Shown one piece after another: positions 24,447-33,768 of a stretch of DNA of 64,000 nucleotides. Every line of letters begins with the position of its first letter. Position 1 is the stretch's first letter. The position numbers and the translations under genes were made by a program. Source of the DNA: an uncultured Dehalococcoidia bacterium (GTDB lineage Bacteria; Chloroflexota; Dehalococcoidia; Bin125); the NCBI GenBank assembly GCA_964347635.1, contig CAYFZI010000005.1, positions 4,613 through 68,612 of the forward strand, written 5' to 3'. Below the pieces are notes generated by a model. The model was given only the letters and a program-made list of their open reading frames with translations. It searched no databases and was not told where the DNA came from.

Positions 24447-25091
24447 TTAGTCGCTGTCGCCCGCATTGGCGCTGCAGCGCGCCTGGACGATGTAGAGCGG
24501 GTCGGCGCCGGGCGTCCTGCGCTCGAACCATTCGGGCTGGTCGAAGCCGCCCGCGTGGTGAAAGTAGGCGCCGACGGCCTGGACGTGGCCGTGATCGTTG
24601 AGGCCTTGCCAGAGCGCGACCGCTTTGGTGGGGAAACAGCGGTTGGAGAAGGAGACGACGCAGATCCCGCCCGGCTCAAGCACCCGCGCGATCTCGCCGA
24701 AGACCTCGAGCGGGCGTTGGAGGTACTGCACGGAGACAGCGATCAGCACCGCATCGAAGCTGGCGTCGGGCCAGGGCAGGGCGGGCCGGCGGTTGAGGTC
24801 GTGAACGATCCATTCGTCGAGCGCGGGGTTGCGCTGGAGTTCGGCGGCGTTCATGCCGAGGCCGGTGGTGCGGGCGGCGCGGTAGTTCAGGGGCAGGTGC
24901 GAGATCCAGGAAGACATTAGGTCGAGCACGCGGTCTTCGGGCTGCAGGACGTCGGCGTAGTGCTCGGAGAGGGCGGCGATGGCGCCGTCGTCAATGTGGG
25001 TCACGAAGCGCGGTTGGCTGTAGAACTGCGCGTCGTCCGACTCGTCGATCTTGCGGAAGTGTTCGGGCCGAAAGGGCGAATCGCCACTCAC
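24447..25091 (-). CDS. Class I SAM-dependent methyltransferase (type 11)
   Basis: DD..FY..PRFVTHIDD, LDLMSSW.SHLP, GLGMN..EL, SVQYL, SFSNRCFPTKA. Confidence 0.9.
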   Translation of the reverse strand: MSGDSPFRPEHFRKIDESDDAQFYSQPRFVTHIDDGAIAALSEHYADVLQPEDRVLDLMSSWISHLPLNYRAARTTGLGMNAAELQRNPALDEWIVHDLNRRPALPWPDASFDAVLIAVSVQYLQRPLEVFGEIARVLEPGGICVVSFSNRCFPTKAVALWQGLNDHGHVQAVGAYFHHAGGFDQPEWFERRTPGADPLYIVQARCSANAGDSD

Positions 25092-25097
25092 TGCTGG

Positions 25098-25298
25098 TCA
25101 GCGCTTGGGCGGTTTGGGCAGGATGTAGCCGAGCGAGCCGCCGATCAGGAGCAGGGAGAGGCCGATCGCGATGACGATGCCGATGATCGGCCCCGCGCCG
25201 AGCCCGCCGCCGCCCTCGGGGCCGGCTGCGAGCGCGCCGCCGAAGGCGAGCAGCGCGAGCAGCATGCCGAGTGCGGCGGCGGCGAGTCGGCGCTGCAT
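25098..25298 (-). CDS. Small membrane protein (signal peptide plus C-terminal TM helix)
   Basis: 66 aa ORF packed between same-strand genes; two hydrophobic segments and a basic tail PKPPKR. Confidence 0.65.
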   Translation of the reverse strand: MQRRLAAAALGMLLALLAFGGALAAGPEGGGGLGAGPIIGIVIAIGLSLLLIGGSLGYILPKPPKR

Positions 25299-25300
25299 CG

Positions 25301-25750
25301 CTAGCCGCCCATCGGGCCGAAGGTTTGCGAGGCGTGGCCGACCAGGTGCCAGACATCCAGCATGATGATGTCGGCGACCGGCATGCCGGCCAAAGGCCCT
25401 TCGCTGTGCGTGTTGCTCAGCTCGCTGTCCTGCAGGAGCTGCAGGCTGGCGTTGGTCGCTGCGCTCACCGCGGCGAGCGCGGCGAGCGCTTCATCGGCAG
25501 TACTGAATGCGGCGCCGTCGGCGAGGGGGTTGGCTGGGGCATCACGGCCGCAGGCGCCGCAGATCGCTTCAGCGAAGGGCATTTCGACCGCGATGACATG
25601 TTCGGCGACCTGGCGCGGCGACCAGCCCGGGCTGCCGTCTGCATCGGTGCCCTGGGGTGTCTCCCATTTGTCCGCCGCGGCTGTGAGCGCGGCGCGGAGC
25701 ACCGTACGCGCCGCGGCGAGCGAGTTGAGCAGTTCGTCGGCGGTGGGCAT
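25301..25750 (-). CDS. DinB/YfiT-like protein (paralog 2)
   Basis: WSPRQVAEH and C-terminal WHLVGHASQ His pattern. Confidence 0.8.
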   Translation of the reverse strand: MPTADELLNSLAAARTVLRAALTAAADKWETPQGTDADGSPGWSPRQVAEHVIAVEMPFAEAICGACGRDAPANPLADGAAFSTADEALAALAAVSAATNASLQLLQDSELSNTHSEGPLAGMPVADIIMLDVWHLVGHASQTFGPMGG

Positions 25751-25820
25751 GCTGTCTGCTCCAGCTGCTTCAGCGCTGGGTCGGACGCAGCGCTGGGCCG
25801 CTCCCTGCCACCTAACCCGT

Positions 25821-26264
25821 CTAGCCCATCGGCGAGAGCATCTGCGAGGCGTGGTCGGAGAGGTGCCAGACGTCCATGACCATGAGCCCCTGGACGGGGA
25901 ATGCGGCCAGCGGCTCCTCGTTGTGCGTGTTGCCCAGCTCGCTGTCCTGCACGTGTTTGACTTTCGAGTCGGCGGCCGCGCTGACGGCGTCGAGTGCAGC
26001 GAGCGCGTCTTCGGCGGTGGCGAACTCGGTGCTGCTGAGCGGGTTTTCGGGGCCGTCGTAGCCGCAGGCGGCGCAGATGCTGTTGGCGAACATCATTTCG
26101 GAGGGGATCGCGTGCTCGGCGACCTGGCGGGGCGACCAGCCGGGCCCGCCGTCCTCGCCGCTGCCCTTGGGCGTCTCCCACGCGTCCGCCGATGCGATGA
26201 TGGCGGTCCGCAGCACGGTGCGTGCGGCGGCGACGGAAGCGCGCAGTTCGTCAGCGGTGGGCAT
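25821..26264 (-). CDS. DinB/YfiT-like protein (paralog 1)
   Basis: ATG at 26264 (MPTADEL, same start as paralog 2, GGAG RBS); WSPRQVAEH, WHLSDHASQ. Confidence 0.8.
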   Translation of the reverse strand: MPTADELRASVAAARTVLRTAIIASADAWETPKGSGEDGGPGWSPRQVAEHAIPSEMMFANSICAACGYDGPENPLSSTEFATAEDALAALDAVSAAADSKVKHVQDSELGNTHNEEPLAAFPVQGLMVMDVWHLSDHASQMLSPMG

Positions 26265-26419
26265 GTGGTTTCTCCAGAGTCTCAGGTTCGGTGTGTTTCG
26301 CGGGGAAGTACGGCGGCTCTGCGCCGCCTCGTACACGATAGGTGAACGGCGGCCTACGCGCCAACAGCGCCGCGGCCTCTACGCTGCGGAAGCGGGACGG
26401 TGCAGGCGAGGAGGCTGTC

Positions 26420-27457
26420 ATGGCGTTCGGAGTTGGCCTGATCGGAGCGGGCGGGAATCAGCGCTTGCGGCATATTCCGGGCTTCCGCGGGATCGATGAC
26501 GTCGAGATCGTCAACGTGGTCAATCGTTCGCGCGCCAGCGGCGAGGCGGCGGCGGCCGAGTACGGCATTCCGCGCGTCTCGGAGAGCGTCGCGGAGCTGC
26601 TCGCCGACCCGGCGGTTGATGCGGTCTGCATCGGCACCTGGCCGTATAAGCATCTGGAGTTCACCGCGGCGGCGCTGGAGGCGGGCAAGCACGTGCTCTG
26701 CGAGGCGCGGATGGCGAACGACGCGGCGCAGGCCGAGCAGATGCTCGCCGCCGCGCGCGCGCATCCCGATCTGGTCGCGCAGCTGGTCCCGGCGCCGTTC
26801 GATTTTCGGCTGGGCAAGACGATCAAGCGGCTCTGCGCGGACGGCTCGCTGGGCTCGATCCTGGAGGTGCATCTGACGCTGCTGAACGGCGGCGGGCTGG
26901 ATCCGTCGGCGCCGCTGCATTGGCGGCACCGCAGCGACTACTCGGGCAAGAACATGATGCAGCTGGGCATCTTCAACGAGACGATTCAGCGCTGGCTGGG
27001 CGATACGACGCGGGTCGCGGCGCACGCGCGCACGTTTGTCAGCTCGCGGATCGACGCCGAGAGCGGCGAGCGGAAAGCGATTGAGATTCCCGACAGCCTG
27101 GGGATTTTTGCGGATATGGCGAACGGGGCGCGCTGCACCTACCGCGTCAGCGCGGTGACGGAGGGCGCGCCGGGGCCGCCCTCGATTGAGCTCTACGGAA
27201 CGGAAGGGCGGCTGCGCTGGCAGTTCGGGGATACCGCCGAGTGGGCGCGCCACGGCGGGCAGCCGGCAGCGCTGGAGCCGGACCCGGGCACCGCGCACGG
27301 CTGGCAGGTGGAGCGCGACTTCATCGATTCGGTGCGGGAGGGCGTGGCGGTGACGCTGACCAATTTTGAGGACGGCGTGCGCTACATGCGCTTCACGGAC
27401 GCGGTCTGGGAGTCGTGGAGCAGCGGGCGGGCGGTGGAGATCGACGCGTTGGCGTAG
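26420..27457 (+). CDS. Gfo/Idh/MocA-family oxidoreductase
   Basis: GLIGAG, DAVCIGTWPYKH, AGKHVLCEARMA; GAGGAGG RBS before ATG 26420. Confidence 0.9.
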   Translation: MAFGVGLIGAGGNQRLRHIPGFRGIDDVEIVNVVNRSRASGEAAAAEYGIPRVSESVAELLADPAVDAVCIGTWPYKHLEFTAAALEAGKHVLCEARMANDAAQAEQMLAAARAHPDLVAQLVPAPFDFRLGKTIKRLCADGSLGSILEVHLTLLNGGGLDPSAPLHWRHRSDYSGKNMMQLGIFNETIQRWLGDTTRVAAHARTFVSSRIDAESGERKAIEIPDSLGIFADMANGARCTYRVSAVTEGAPGPPSIELYGTEGRLRWQFGDTAEWARHGGQPAALEPDPGTAHGWQVERDFIDSVREGVAVTLTNFEDGVRYMRFTDAVWESWSSGRAVEIDALA

Positions 27458-27555
27458 CCGGGCCGGCAAGCGCGACGCTGCGTCCTGTATTCCGCATTCC
27501 GCTACTTGCGGGAGACCAGATAGGGGGGGCGCTCGACTGGCTGATTCTCCGGCTG

Positions 27556-28512
27556 CTAAGGCAGCCCCGCGAGCCAATCGAGCAGAATCCGATTCAGCGC
27601 TGCCGGCTCTTCCTGCTGCGTCCAATGGGCGCATTCCTCGATGTGGCCGCGGCTGAGGTTGGGGATCCAGTCCTCCATCCCGTGCGACATTTCGGGCAGC
27701 AGGACGGGGTCGCGGCCGGCTGTGACCATCAGGGCGGGCTGCTCGATCTGCTCCTCGGCGAGGGTGCCGCTCCATTCCCAGTTGCGGACGTGGTTGCGGT
27801 ACCAGTTGAGCCCGCCGCGGAAGCCGGTCCGCTCATAGGCGTTGACGAAGGTCTGCAGGTCCGCCTCGCTGAGCATGATGCTGCGCTCCGCGTCCTTGGG
27901 CATGCCAACCAGCAGGCCGCCGCGCTCGCGCACGCCCGCTGTGCCGGCCAGCGCATCGACTCGGTCTTCGGCCTTTGAGCTGCGCAGCATCAGGGTGAAG
28001 GTCCGCCGCACATCGGCGCTCAACTCGGCTTCGGCCGCGCCCGGCTCCTGGAAGTAGAGCTGATAATCGAAGCGGCCTGGGTCCATCTGCATCGCTTCGA
28101 GCGGGCTGATCGGCGGGCGCCGCGAGGCGGGGGTGTTGATGCCGGCCACGGCGCGCACGCGGCCGGGGTGGTGCTGGGCGAGGTTCCAGACCACCGCGCC
28201 GCCCCAGTCGTGGCCAACAAAGACTGCCTGCTGTTCGCCGAGCGCGTCGAGCAGGGCGGTCATATCGGCGCAGATCGCCTCCTGGGTGTAGGCCTCGATC
28301 GGTTCGGGGGCGTCGGTCTCGCCGTAGCCGCGCATGTCGGGCGCGACAGCGTGGAAGCCGGCCTCGGCCAGGGCGGGTAGCTGATGCCGCCAGGAGTACC
28401 AGAGCTCCGGGAAGCCGTGGCAGAAGACGACGGGCGGGCCGCTGCCGGCCTCGGCGGCGTGCATCTGGATGCCAGTCGACAACTGAACCGAGCGGTGCGT
28501 GATCGCGGTGAT
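27556..28512 (-). CDS. Epoxide hydrolase-like alpha/beta hydrolase
   Basis: HGFPELWYSWRHQ, PDMRGYG, GHDWG nucleophile motif, LNWYR, HWTQQE. Start uncertain (ATC at 28512 behind GGGAG, or ATG at 28464). Confidence 0.9.
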   Translation of the reverse strand: MTAITHRSVQLSTGIQMHAAEAGSGPPVVFCHGFPELWYSWRHQLPALAEAGFHAVAPDMRGYGETDAPEPIEAYTQEAICADMTALLDALGEQQAVFVGHDWGGAVVWNLAQHHPGRVRAVAGINTPASRRPPISPLEAMQMDPGRFDYQLYFQEPGAAEAELSADVRRTFTLMLRSSKAEDRVDALAGTAGVRERGGLLVGMPKDAERSIMLSEADLQTFVNAYERTGFRGGLNWYRNHVRNWEWSGTLAEEQIEQPALMVTAGRDPVLLPEMSHGMEDWIPNLSRGHIEECAHWTQQEEPAALNRILLDWLAGLP

Positions 28513-28567
28513 ATGCGGCTCCCGGCTACGGATGCATCTTACGCTGGTGCCGAAGGAGGCGCTGAGC

Positions 28568-30568
28568 ATGAGTGAGCGGACTGCGGAGCACGGCGGGGCG
28601 CTGAGCTGGTCAGAGCTGGACGCCGCCGCCGTACGGCAAGGGGTCGGCGCCGCGATCGAGGAGGCAGAGCGGCGCATCGAGGCGATCGCGTCGGTGCCCG
28701 ATGCACAGCGCAGCTTCGAGAACACGGTGCTGGCGCTGGACGAGATCGGCGATCTGCTCGGGCAGGCCGGCGGGCAGTACGGGTTTCTCTCGCAGGTCGC
28801 GGCGGACCCCGAGCTGCGCAGCGCGGCGCACGAGCAGGAGCAGCGGCTCGATGTCTTCGCCAGCGGGCTGGGCTTCCGCGAGGAGCTGGACCGTGCGCTG
28901 AAGGCCTACGCGGGCCGGGCGGAGACGGAGGCGCTGCCCGACGATGCGGCGCGGCTGCTGGAGTTCGCCCTGCGCGACTACCGCCGCAACGGCTTCGAGC
29001 TGCCGCGCCGCGAGCGCGGCGCCGTGCAGGAATTACAGGAACGGCTGGTGCGGCTGGGGATCCAGTTCCGGCGCAATATCGACGACTACGAGGACGGGAT
29101 CGAAGTATCGCGTGCGCAGCTCGGCGGCCTGCCCGCGTCCTATATCGAACGGCTGCGGAGATCGGAGCGGAACGGGGCGGCGTCGTACCGAGTGTCGCTG
29201 GATTATCCGGAGCTGCACCCGTTTCTCGACTCGGCGGATGACGCCGCGCTGCGCCGCGAGCTGTTTCTGAAGAACCATAACAAAGCGGCGGACAGCAACA
29301 TCGAGCTGCTGGAGGAAGCGATCGCGCTGCGCGGCGAGATCGCGCGACTGCTGGGCTACGCGTCCTGGGCGGCCTACGTGCTCGAGCTGCGGATGGCGAA
29401 GTCGCCCGACAACGTGCTGGAGTTTCTGACCGACCTCGAGCAGCGGCTAAGCGGCAAGCTGCAGGCGGATCTGGCGCTGTTGGCGGCCGAACAGGAGCGG
29501 CGCAGCGGCGCCGGCGGCGCTGTGCAGATCTGGGATTGGCGCTACTACACCAACCGCGTGCTGCAGGAGCGGTACCAGATCGATCCGTTCGAGCTGGCGG
29601 CGTACTTTCCGCTGGAGGCGGTGCTGGCGGGGATGTTCGATCTCTACGAGCGGCTCGTGGGCGTCCGTTTCATAGCGAACGAGTCGGCGGCGGCCGGCGC
29701 CTGGCATGCGGATGTGCGGCCGTTCGACATTATCGACAGCGGCAGCGGCGAAACGTTGGCGCACTTCTACATGGACTTGCACCCGCGGCCCGGCAAGTTC
29801 GGCCACGCGGCGGCGTTCACGCTGCGCGGCGGCCGCGCGCTGGGCGGTGGGTCGTATCAGCGCCCGGTCTCGGCGATCGTCGCCAACTTCACGAAGCCGA
29901 GTGAGGCCTCGCCCTCGCTGCTGCGCCACAGCGAGGTGATCACGCTGTTCCACGAGTTCGGCCACATCCTGCACCAGACGCTGACTCGCGCGCGCTTCAG
30001 CCGCTTCGCGGGCACGCGCGTCGAGCGCGATTTCGTCGAGGCACCCTCGCAGATGCTCGAGCACTGGTGCTGGGAGCCCAGCGTGTTGGCCGGCTTCAGC
30101 CGCCACTGGCAGACGGGCGATCCGCTGCCGAACGATCTGATTGATCGGCTGATCGCGGCGAAACATGTGAGCAGCGGGATCGCCGCGCTGCGGCAAGTCT
30201 ATTTCGCGCGGCTGGACCTTGCCTACCACGGGCCGGGCGGGCGCAAGGATACCGATGCGATCGCGCGCGCGCTGCACCCGATTACCGGCTTTGCGTTTCC
30301 GCAGGGGACGCATTTCCAGGCCGGCTTCGGGCATCTGTTTGGCTACGATGCGGGCTACTACGGATATCTCTGGTCGCAGGTCTACGGCGACGACATGTTT
30401 ACAAGGTTCGAGGATCCTACGGCGTCGGCGCAGGCAGTCGGGCGCGAGTACCGCGCGGGGATTCTGGAGCGGGGCGGCGCGGTCGACGGCGGGCAGCTGG
30501 TGCGCAGCTTCCTGGGCCGCGAGCCCTCGCCGGAGGCGTTCCTGCGCGAGCTGGGGCTGAACGCATGA
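28568..30568 (+). CDS. M3-family (thimet oligopeptidase-like) zinc metallopeptidase
   Basis: LFHEFGHILH, DFVEAPSQMLE.W, FGHL.GY.AGYYGYLWS; AAGGAGG RBS. Confidence 0.93.
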   Translation: MSERTAEHGGALSWSELDAAAVRQGVGAAIEEAERRIEAIASVPDAQRSFENTVLALDEIGDLLGQAGGQYGFLSQVAADPELRSAAHEQEQRLDVFASGLGFREELDRALKAYAGRAETEALPDDAARLLEFALRDYRRNGFELPRRERGAVQELQERLVRLGIQFRRNIDDYEDGIEVSRAQLGGLPASYIERLRRSERNGAASYRVSLDYPELHPFLDSADDAALRRELFLKNHNKAADSNIELLEEAIALRGEIARLLGYASWAAYVLELRMAKSPDNVLEFLTDLEQRLSGKLQADLALLAAEQERRSGAGGAVQIWDWRYYTNRVLQERYQIDPFELAAYFPLEAVLAGMFDLYERLVGVRFIANESAAAGAWHADVRPFDIIDSGSGETLAHFYMDLHPRPGKFGHAAAFTLRGGRALGGGSYQRPVSAIVANFTKPSEASPSLLRHSEVITLFHEFGHILHQTLTRARFSRFAGTRVERDFVEAPSQMLEHWCWEPSVLAGFSRHWQTGDPLPNDLIDRLIAAKHVSSGIAALRQVYFARLDLAYHGPGGRKDTDAIARALHPITGFAFPQGTHFQAGFGHLFGYDAGYYGYLWSQVYGDDMFTRFEDPTASAQAVGREYRAGILERGGAVDGGQLVRSFLGREPSPEAFLRELGLNA

Positions 30569-30754
30569 GGCAGCGGCGGGATCGGCGGGCGCGCCGCCCC
30601 GCTGACGGGCGCCTCTGGTGAGCACCTACGGTCAAGTCCGTCCTGAGCCGCCCGCAGCGGGCGGGTATCATCGGGGGCGGCCCTGCAGCGCCGGGCCGCT
30701 GCACTGACCGACTCCGCGACACGCTCGCGATCTTTGGATCTTTGAAGGAGAGCC

Positions 30755-31972
30755 GTGATGCCCCAGCTCGACAGCATTGCCCAGGCCCAGGAGCACTTCG
30801 GCGCGCTGCTTGCAGCGCAGCAGGCGCGCGTCGACGCGATCAAATCCGAAGGGCCGCCGACGGATTACACGCAGCTGGACACGATCACGATCGGCGTGCT
30901 CGGCGGCGACGGGATCGGCCCTTCGATCGCCCGCGAATCGCAGCGGGTGCTCGAAGAGCTGCTGGCCGAGCCGGTCGCCTCGGGGCGGGTCGTCTTCCGT
31001 ACGATCGAGGGGCTGACGATTGAGCGCCGCGCTGAGGAGCTGGCCGCGATCCCGGAGGGTGTGCTGGCCGAGATTCACGAGTGCGATGTGACGCTCAAAG
31101 GGCCGACCACGACGCCTGAGCAGGGCGACGGCTGGCCGAACATCGAGAGCGCCAACGTGGCGATGCGCAAGGTGCTCGACCTCTTCGCCAACGTGCGCCC
31201 GGTGCGCGTGCCGGCCGAGGGGATCGACTGGACCTTCTTCCGCGAGAACACCGAAGACCTCTATGCGGTCGGCAGCCAGGGGCTGTCGCTGGGCGACCTC
31301 AATGTCGACTTCAAGATCCTGTCCGACCCCGGCAGCGAGCGGATTATCCGCGCGGCCTTTGAGTTTGCGCGCCAGAACGGCAAGACGAACGTCACGGTGG
31401 TGACCAAAGCGAACGTCGTCAAGACGACCGACGGCGCGTTCCTGGAGGCCGCGCGGCGGGTCGCCGCGGACTATCCGGAGATCGAGTGGGAGGGCTGGTA
31501 CATCGACATCATGACCGCGAAGCTGGTCGACCCGAAGCGGCGCTCCAACTTCCAAGTCTTTGCGCTGCCGAACCTCTACGGTGACATTCTGACCGACGAA
31601 GCGGCGGAGTTTCAGGGCGGGGTGGGCACAGCGGGAGCGGCGAACATCGGGACAAAGACAGCGATGTTCGAGGCGATTCACGGTTCGGCGCCGCGGATGG
31701 TGCGCGAGGGCCGCGACATCTACGCGGATCCGTCCTCGATGCTGCGCGCCGGTGCGATGCTGCTCAGCCACATCGGCTACACGGAGCTCGGCCGGCGCCT
31801 CGATCAGGCGATGGACCTGTGCGGGCAGTATGAGAAGAAGCTGGTGATGACCGGCCGCGACACGGGCGCGACCACGGCGGATTTCGGCGATTACGTGGTC
31901 GACACGGTGCGCGATTCGCAGCTGGAGCGGCGCTGGGAAGAAGCGATCGCGCAGGTGCGGGCGGGCGCCTAG
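30755..31972 (+). CDS. Isocitrate/isopropylmalate dehydrogenase family protein
   Basis: GDGIGP, KGPTTTP, FFRENTED, KANVVK.TDG.F, PNLYGDILTD, FEAIHGSAP. Confidence 0.9.
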   Translation: MMPQLDSIAQAQEHFGALLAAQQARVDAIKSEGPPTDYTQLDTITIGVLGGDGIGPSIARESQRVLEELLAEPVASGRVVFRTIEGLTIERRAEELAAIPEGVLAEIHECDVTLKGPTTTPEQGDGWPNIESANVAMRKVLDLFANVRPVRVPAEGIDWTFFRENTEDLYAVGSQGLSLGDLNVDFKILSDPGSERIIRAAFEFARQNGKTNVTVVTKANVVKTTDGAFLEAARRVAADYPEIEWEGWYIDIMTAKLVDPKRRSNFQVFALPNLYGDILTDEAAEFQGGVGTAGAANIGTKTAMFEAIHGSAPRMVREGRDIYADPSSMLRAGAMLLSHIGYTELGRRLDQAMDLCGQYEKKLVMTGRDTGATTADFGDYVVDTVRDSQLERRWEEAIAQVRAGA

Positions 31973-32036
31973 CCCCCAGGAGCACAGTCGTAGTAGTTGG
32001 AGTGCGGCAAGGCCGCGGACAGCGACGGAGGCTGCG

Positions 32037-32660
32037 GTGAGCCAGGGTCTGAACAGGCAGCTGCGCCGCGCGCGGGAGGCCGCCGAGCGCGCCGAGCAGG
32101 GGCGCAAGGTGGCGCTGGAGCGCGCCAACGTCTACGAAGAGCGCGAGCGGGCGGCCTCGGCGCGGGCCGCCGAGGCGCAGACGCGGGCCGAGCGGCTGGC
32201 CGCACGTCTGGCCGAGCAGTTGGCCGCCGCCGACTCCGAGTTGGAGCCGCTGCGCGGCCGGCTCACAGAAACGGCGGCGCAGCTCGAGCAGATGCAGTCC
32301 GAACTCGCCGAGGCCAAGACCGCGGCTGAGCGCGGGGCGGCCGCCGCAGCCTCGTTGGCGGCCGCGCAGGAATCGCTGCGCGCCTCCGAAGCTGCGCGCG
32401 CCGAGCTCGGCGCTCAGGTTGACGACCTCCAGACGCGCCTCGCCGCCGCCGAGCAGGCGGCAGCCGCAGCGCGCGAGTCGGAGGCGCAGGCGCAAGCGGC
32501 GGCGGCCCAGCACGAAGCGGCGTTCGACGAGCGCCGCCGCGAGCTGAATCGTCTGCGCCGCGAGCAGGAGCGGACCGCAGCGGCGCTGTCCGCCGCGGAG
32601 GCGGAGCTGCAGCAGCGCCGCAGCAGCGGCCTGCGGGGACTGCTGCGGCGCGGCGGCTGA
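32037..32660 (+). CDS. Hypothetical Ala/Glu/Arg-rich coiled-coil protein
   Basis: GGAGG RBS and GTG; heptad-like low-complexity helix ending GLRGLLRRGG. Confidence 0.6.
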   Translation: MSQGLNRQLRRAREAAERAEQGRKVALERANVYEERERAASARAAEAQTRAERLAARLAEQLAAADSELEPLRGRLTETAAQLEQMQSELAEAKTAAERGAAAAASLAAAQESLRASEAARAELGAQVDDLQTRLAAAEQAAAAARESEAQAQAAAAQHEAAFDERRRELNRLRREQERTAAALSAAEAELQQRRSSGLRGLLRRGG

Positions 32661-32765
32661 CGGGCCGCCGAGGCGGAGAACGGGAGCCGCGCCGGCGGCA
32701 CGCTTTAGGCTGGCTGCTGCTGCCTGGCGGGCGGGGCGCTCCGCGGCGGCGCGAGGAGGCCACTG

Positions 32766-33560
32766 ATGGCGGTGATGACCAACACGCTGCGCGAGAAGCT
32801 CGATGCCGGGCAACCCACGATCGGCACCCACTTCCTCTTCAACGATCCCGACATCGCCGAGCTCATCGGCGACAGCGGCCAGTTCGACTACGCGGAGTAC
32901 GTCGCCGAATACTCCTCGTTCGACATGCAATCGCTCTATCACCTGGCCCGCGCGGCGCAGTGCGGCAATCTGCCGCTGATGATCAAGCTCGATCAGGCCG
33001 GCGAGGTGTTCTGGGCCCAGGCGGCGCTGGGCGCCGGGTTCAAGGCTGTGCTCTACACCGACATCCGCACCCCTGAGGACGTCGTGCGCGTGCATCAGGC
33101 GGTGCGGCCCGACACACCGACGCAGCAGGGCCAGATGGGCGTCAAGCTGCGCCGCCCGGCGCTGGCCGGCTACGCCGCCGGCGCCTACGGGACCGACCTC
33201 GATTCGATCGTGACCGTGATCATGATCGAGAAGAAGATCGCCACCGACAACATCGATGCAGTGCTGGAGCAGGCCGCCGAGCTCAAGATCGATATGACTC
33301 AGTGGGGCCCCAGCGACTGGGGCTTCTCGCACGGCCGCGCGCTGCAGCCGGACGAGATCCGCGCCGGCGAGGAGCTGGTGATCAAGAAATCGCTCGAGTA
33401 CGGCGTGGCCCCGCGGATTGAGATCGGCGCGGTCGAGCAGGCGCAGCGCTACATCGACCTCGGCGTGCGCCACTTCTGCATCGGCTGGGACCGCTTCCTG
33501 CTCAACTCGGGCTACACCGCGCTCGGCGAGGGTCTGTGCACACTGTTGTCGGACGTCTGA
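32766..33560 (+). CDS. HpcH/HpaI aldolase/citrate lyase family protein
   Basis: N.LREKL.AG.PTIG, FDY.EY..EY, MIEK, GPSD. Confidence 0.85.
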   Translation: MAVMTNTLREKLDAGQPTIGTHFLFNDPDIAELIGDSGQFDYAEYVAEYSSFDMQSLYHLARAAQCGNLPLMIKLDQAGEVFWAQAALGAGFKAVLYTDIRTPEDVVRVHQAVRPDTPTQQGQMGVKLRRPALAGYAAGAYGTDLDSIVTVIMIEKKIATDNIDAVLEQAAELKIDMTQWGPSDWGFSHGRALQPDEIRAGEELVIKKSLEYGVAPRIEIGAVEQAQRYIDLGVRHFCIGWDRFLLNSGYTALGEGLCTLLSDV

Positions 33561-33768
33561 GCGCCCCGCGCCCCGCGCCGCCGCACAACTTGGCTGACCG
33601 GCTGCAGGCTGGCCGGCCGACGAGCCCGTTTCAAACCTTGTAGATTGCGCGCTGAGCGCGGCGCCTGGACCGCAGTCGGGCCGGCGTCGCGGCTGCGCCC
33701 CCGGGCAGGCGCTCTGCAACGCGGGCGCAGATGCAGGCCTTGCGGGTATGCGGGAATCGAGGTCAGGG

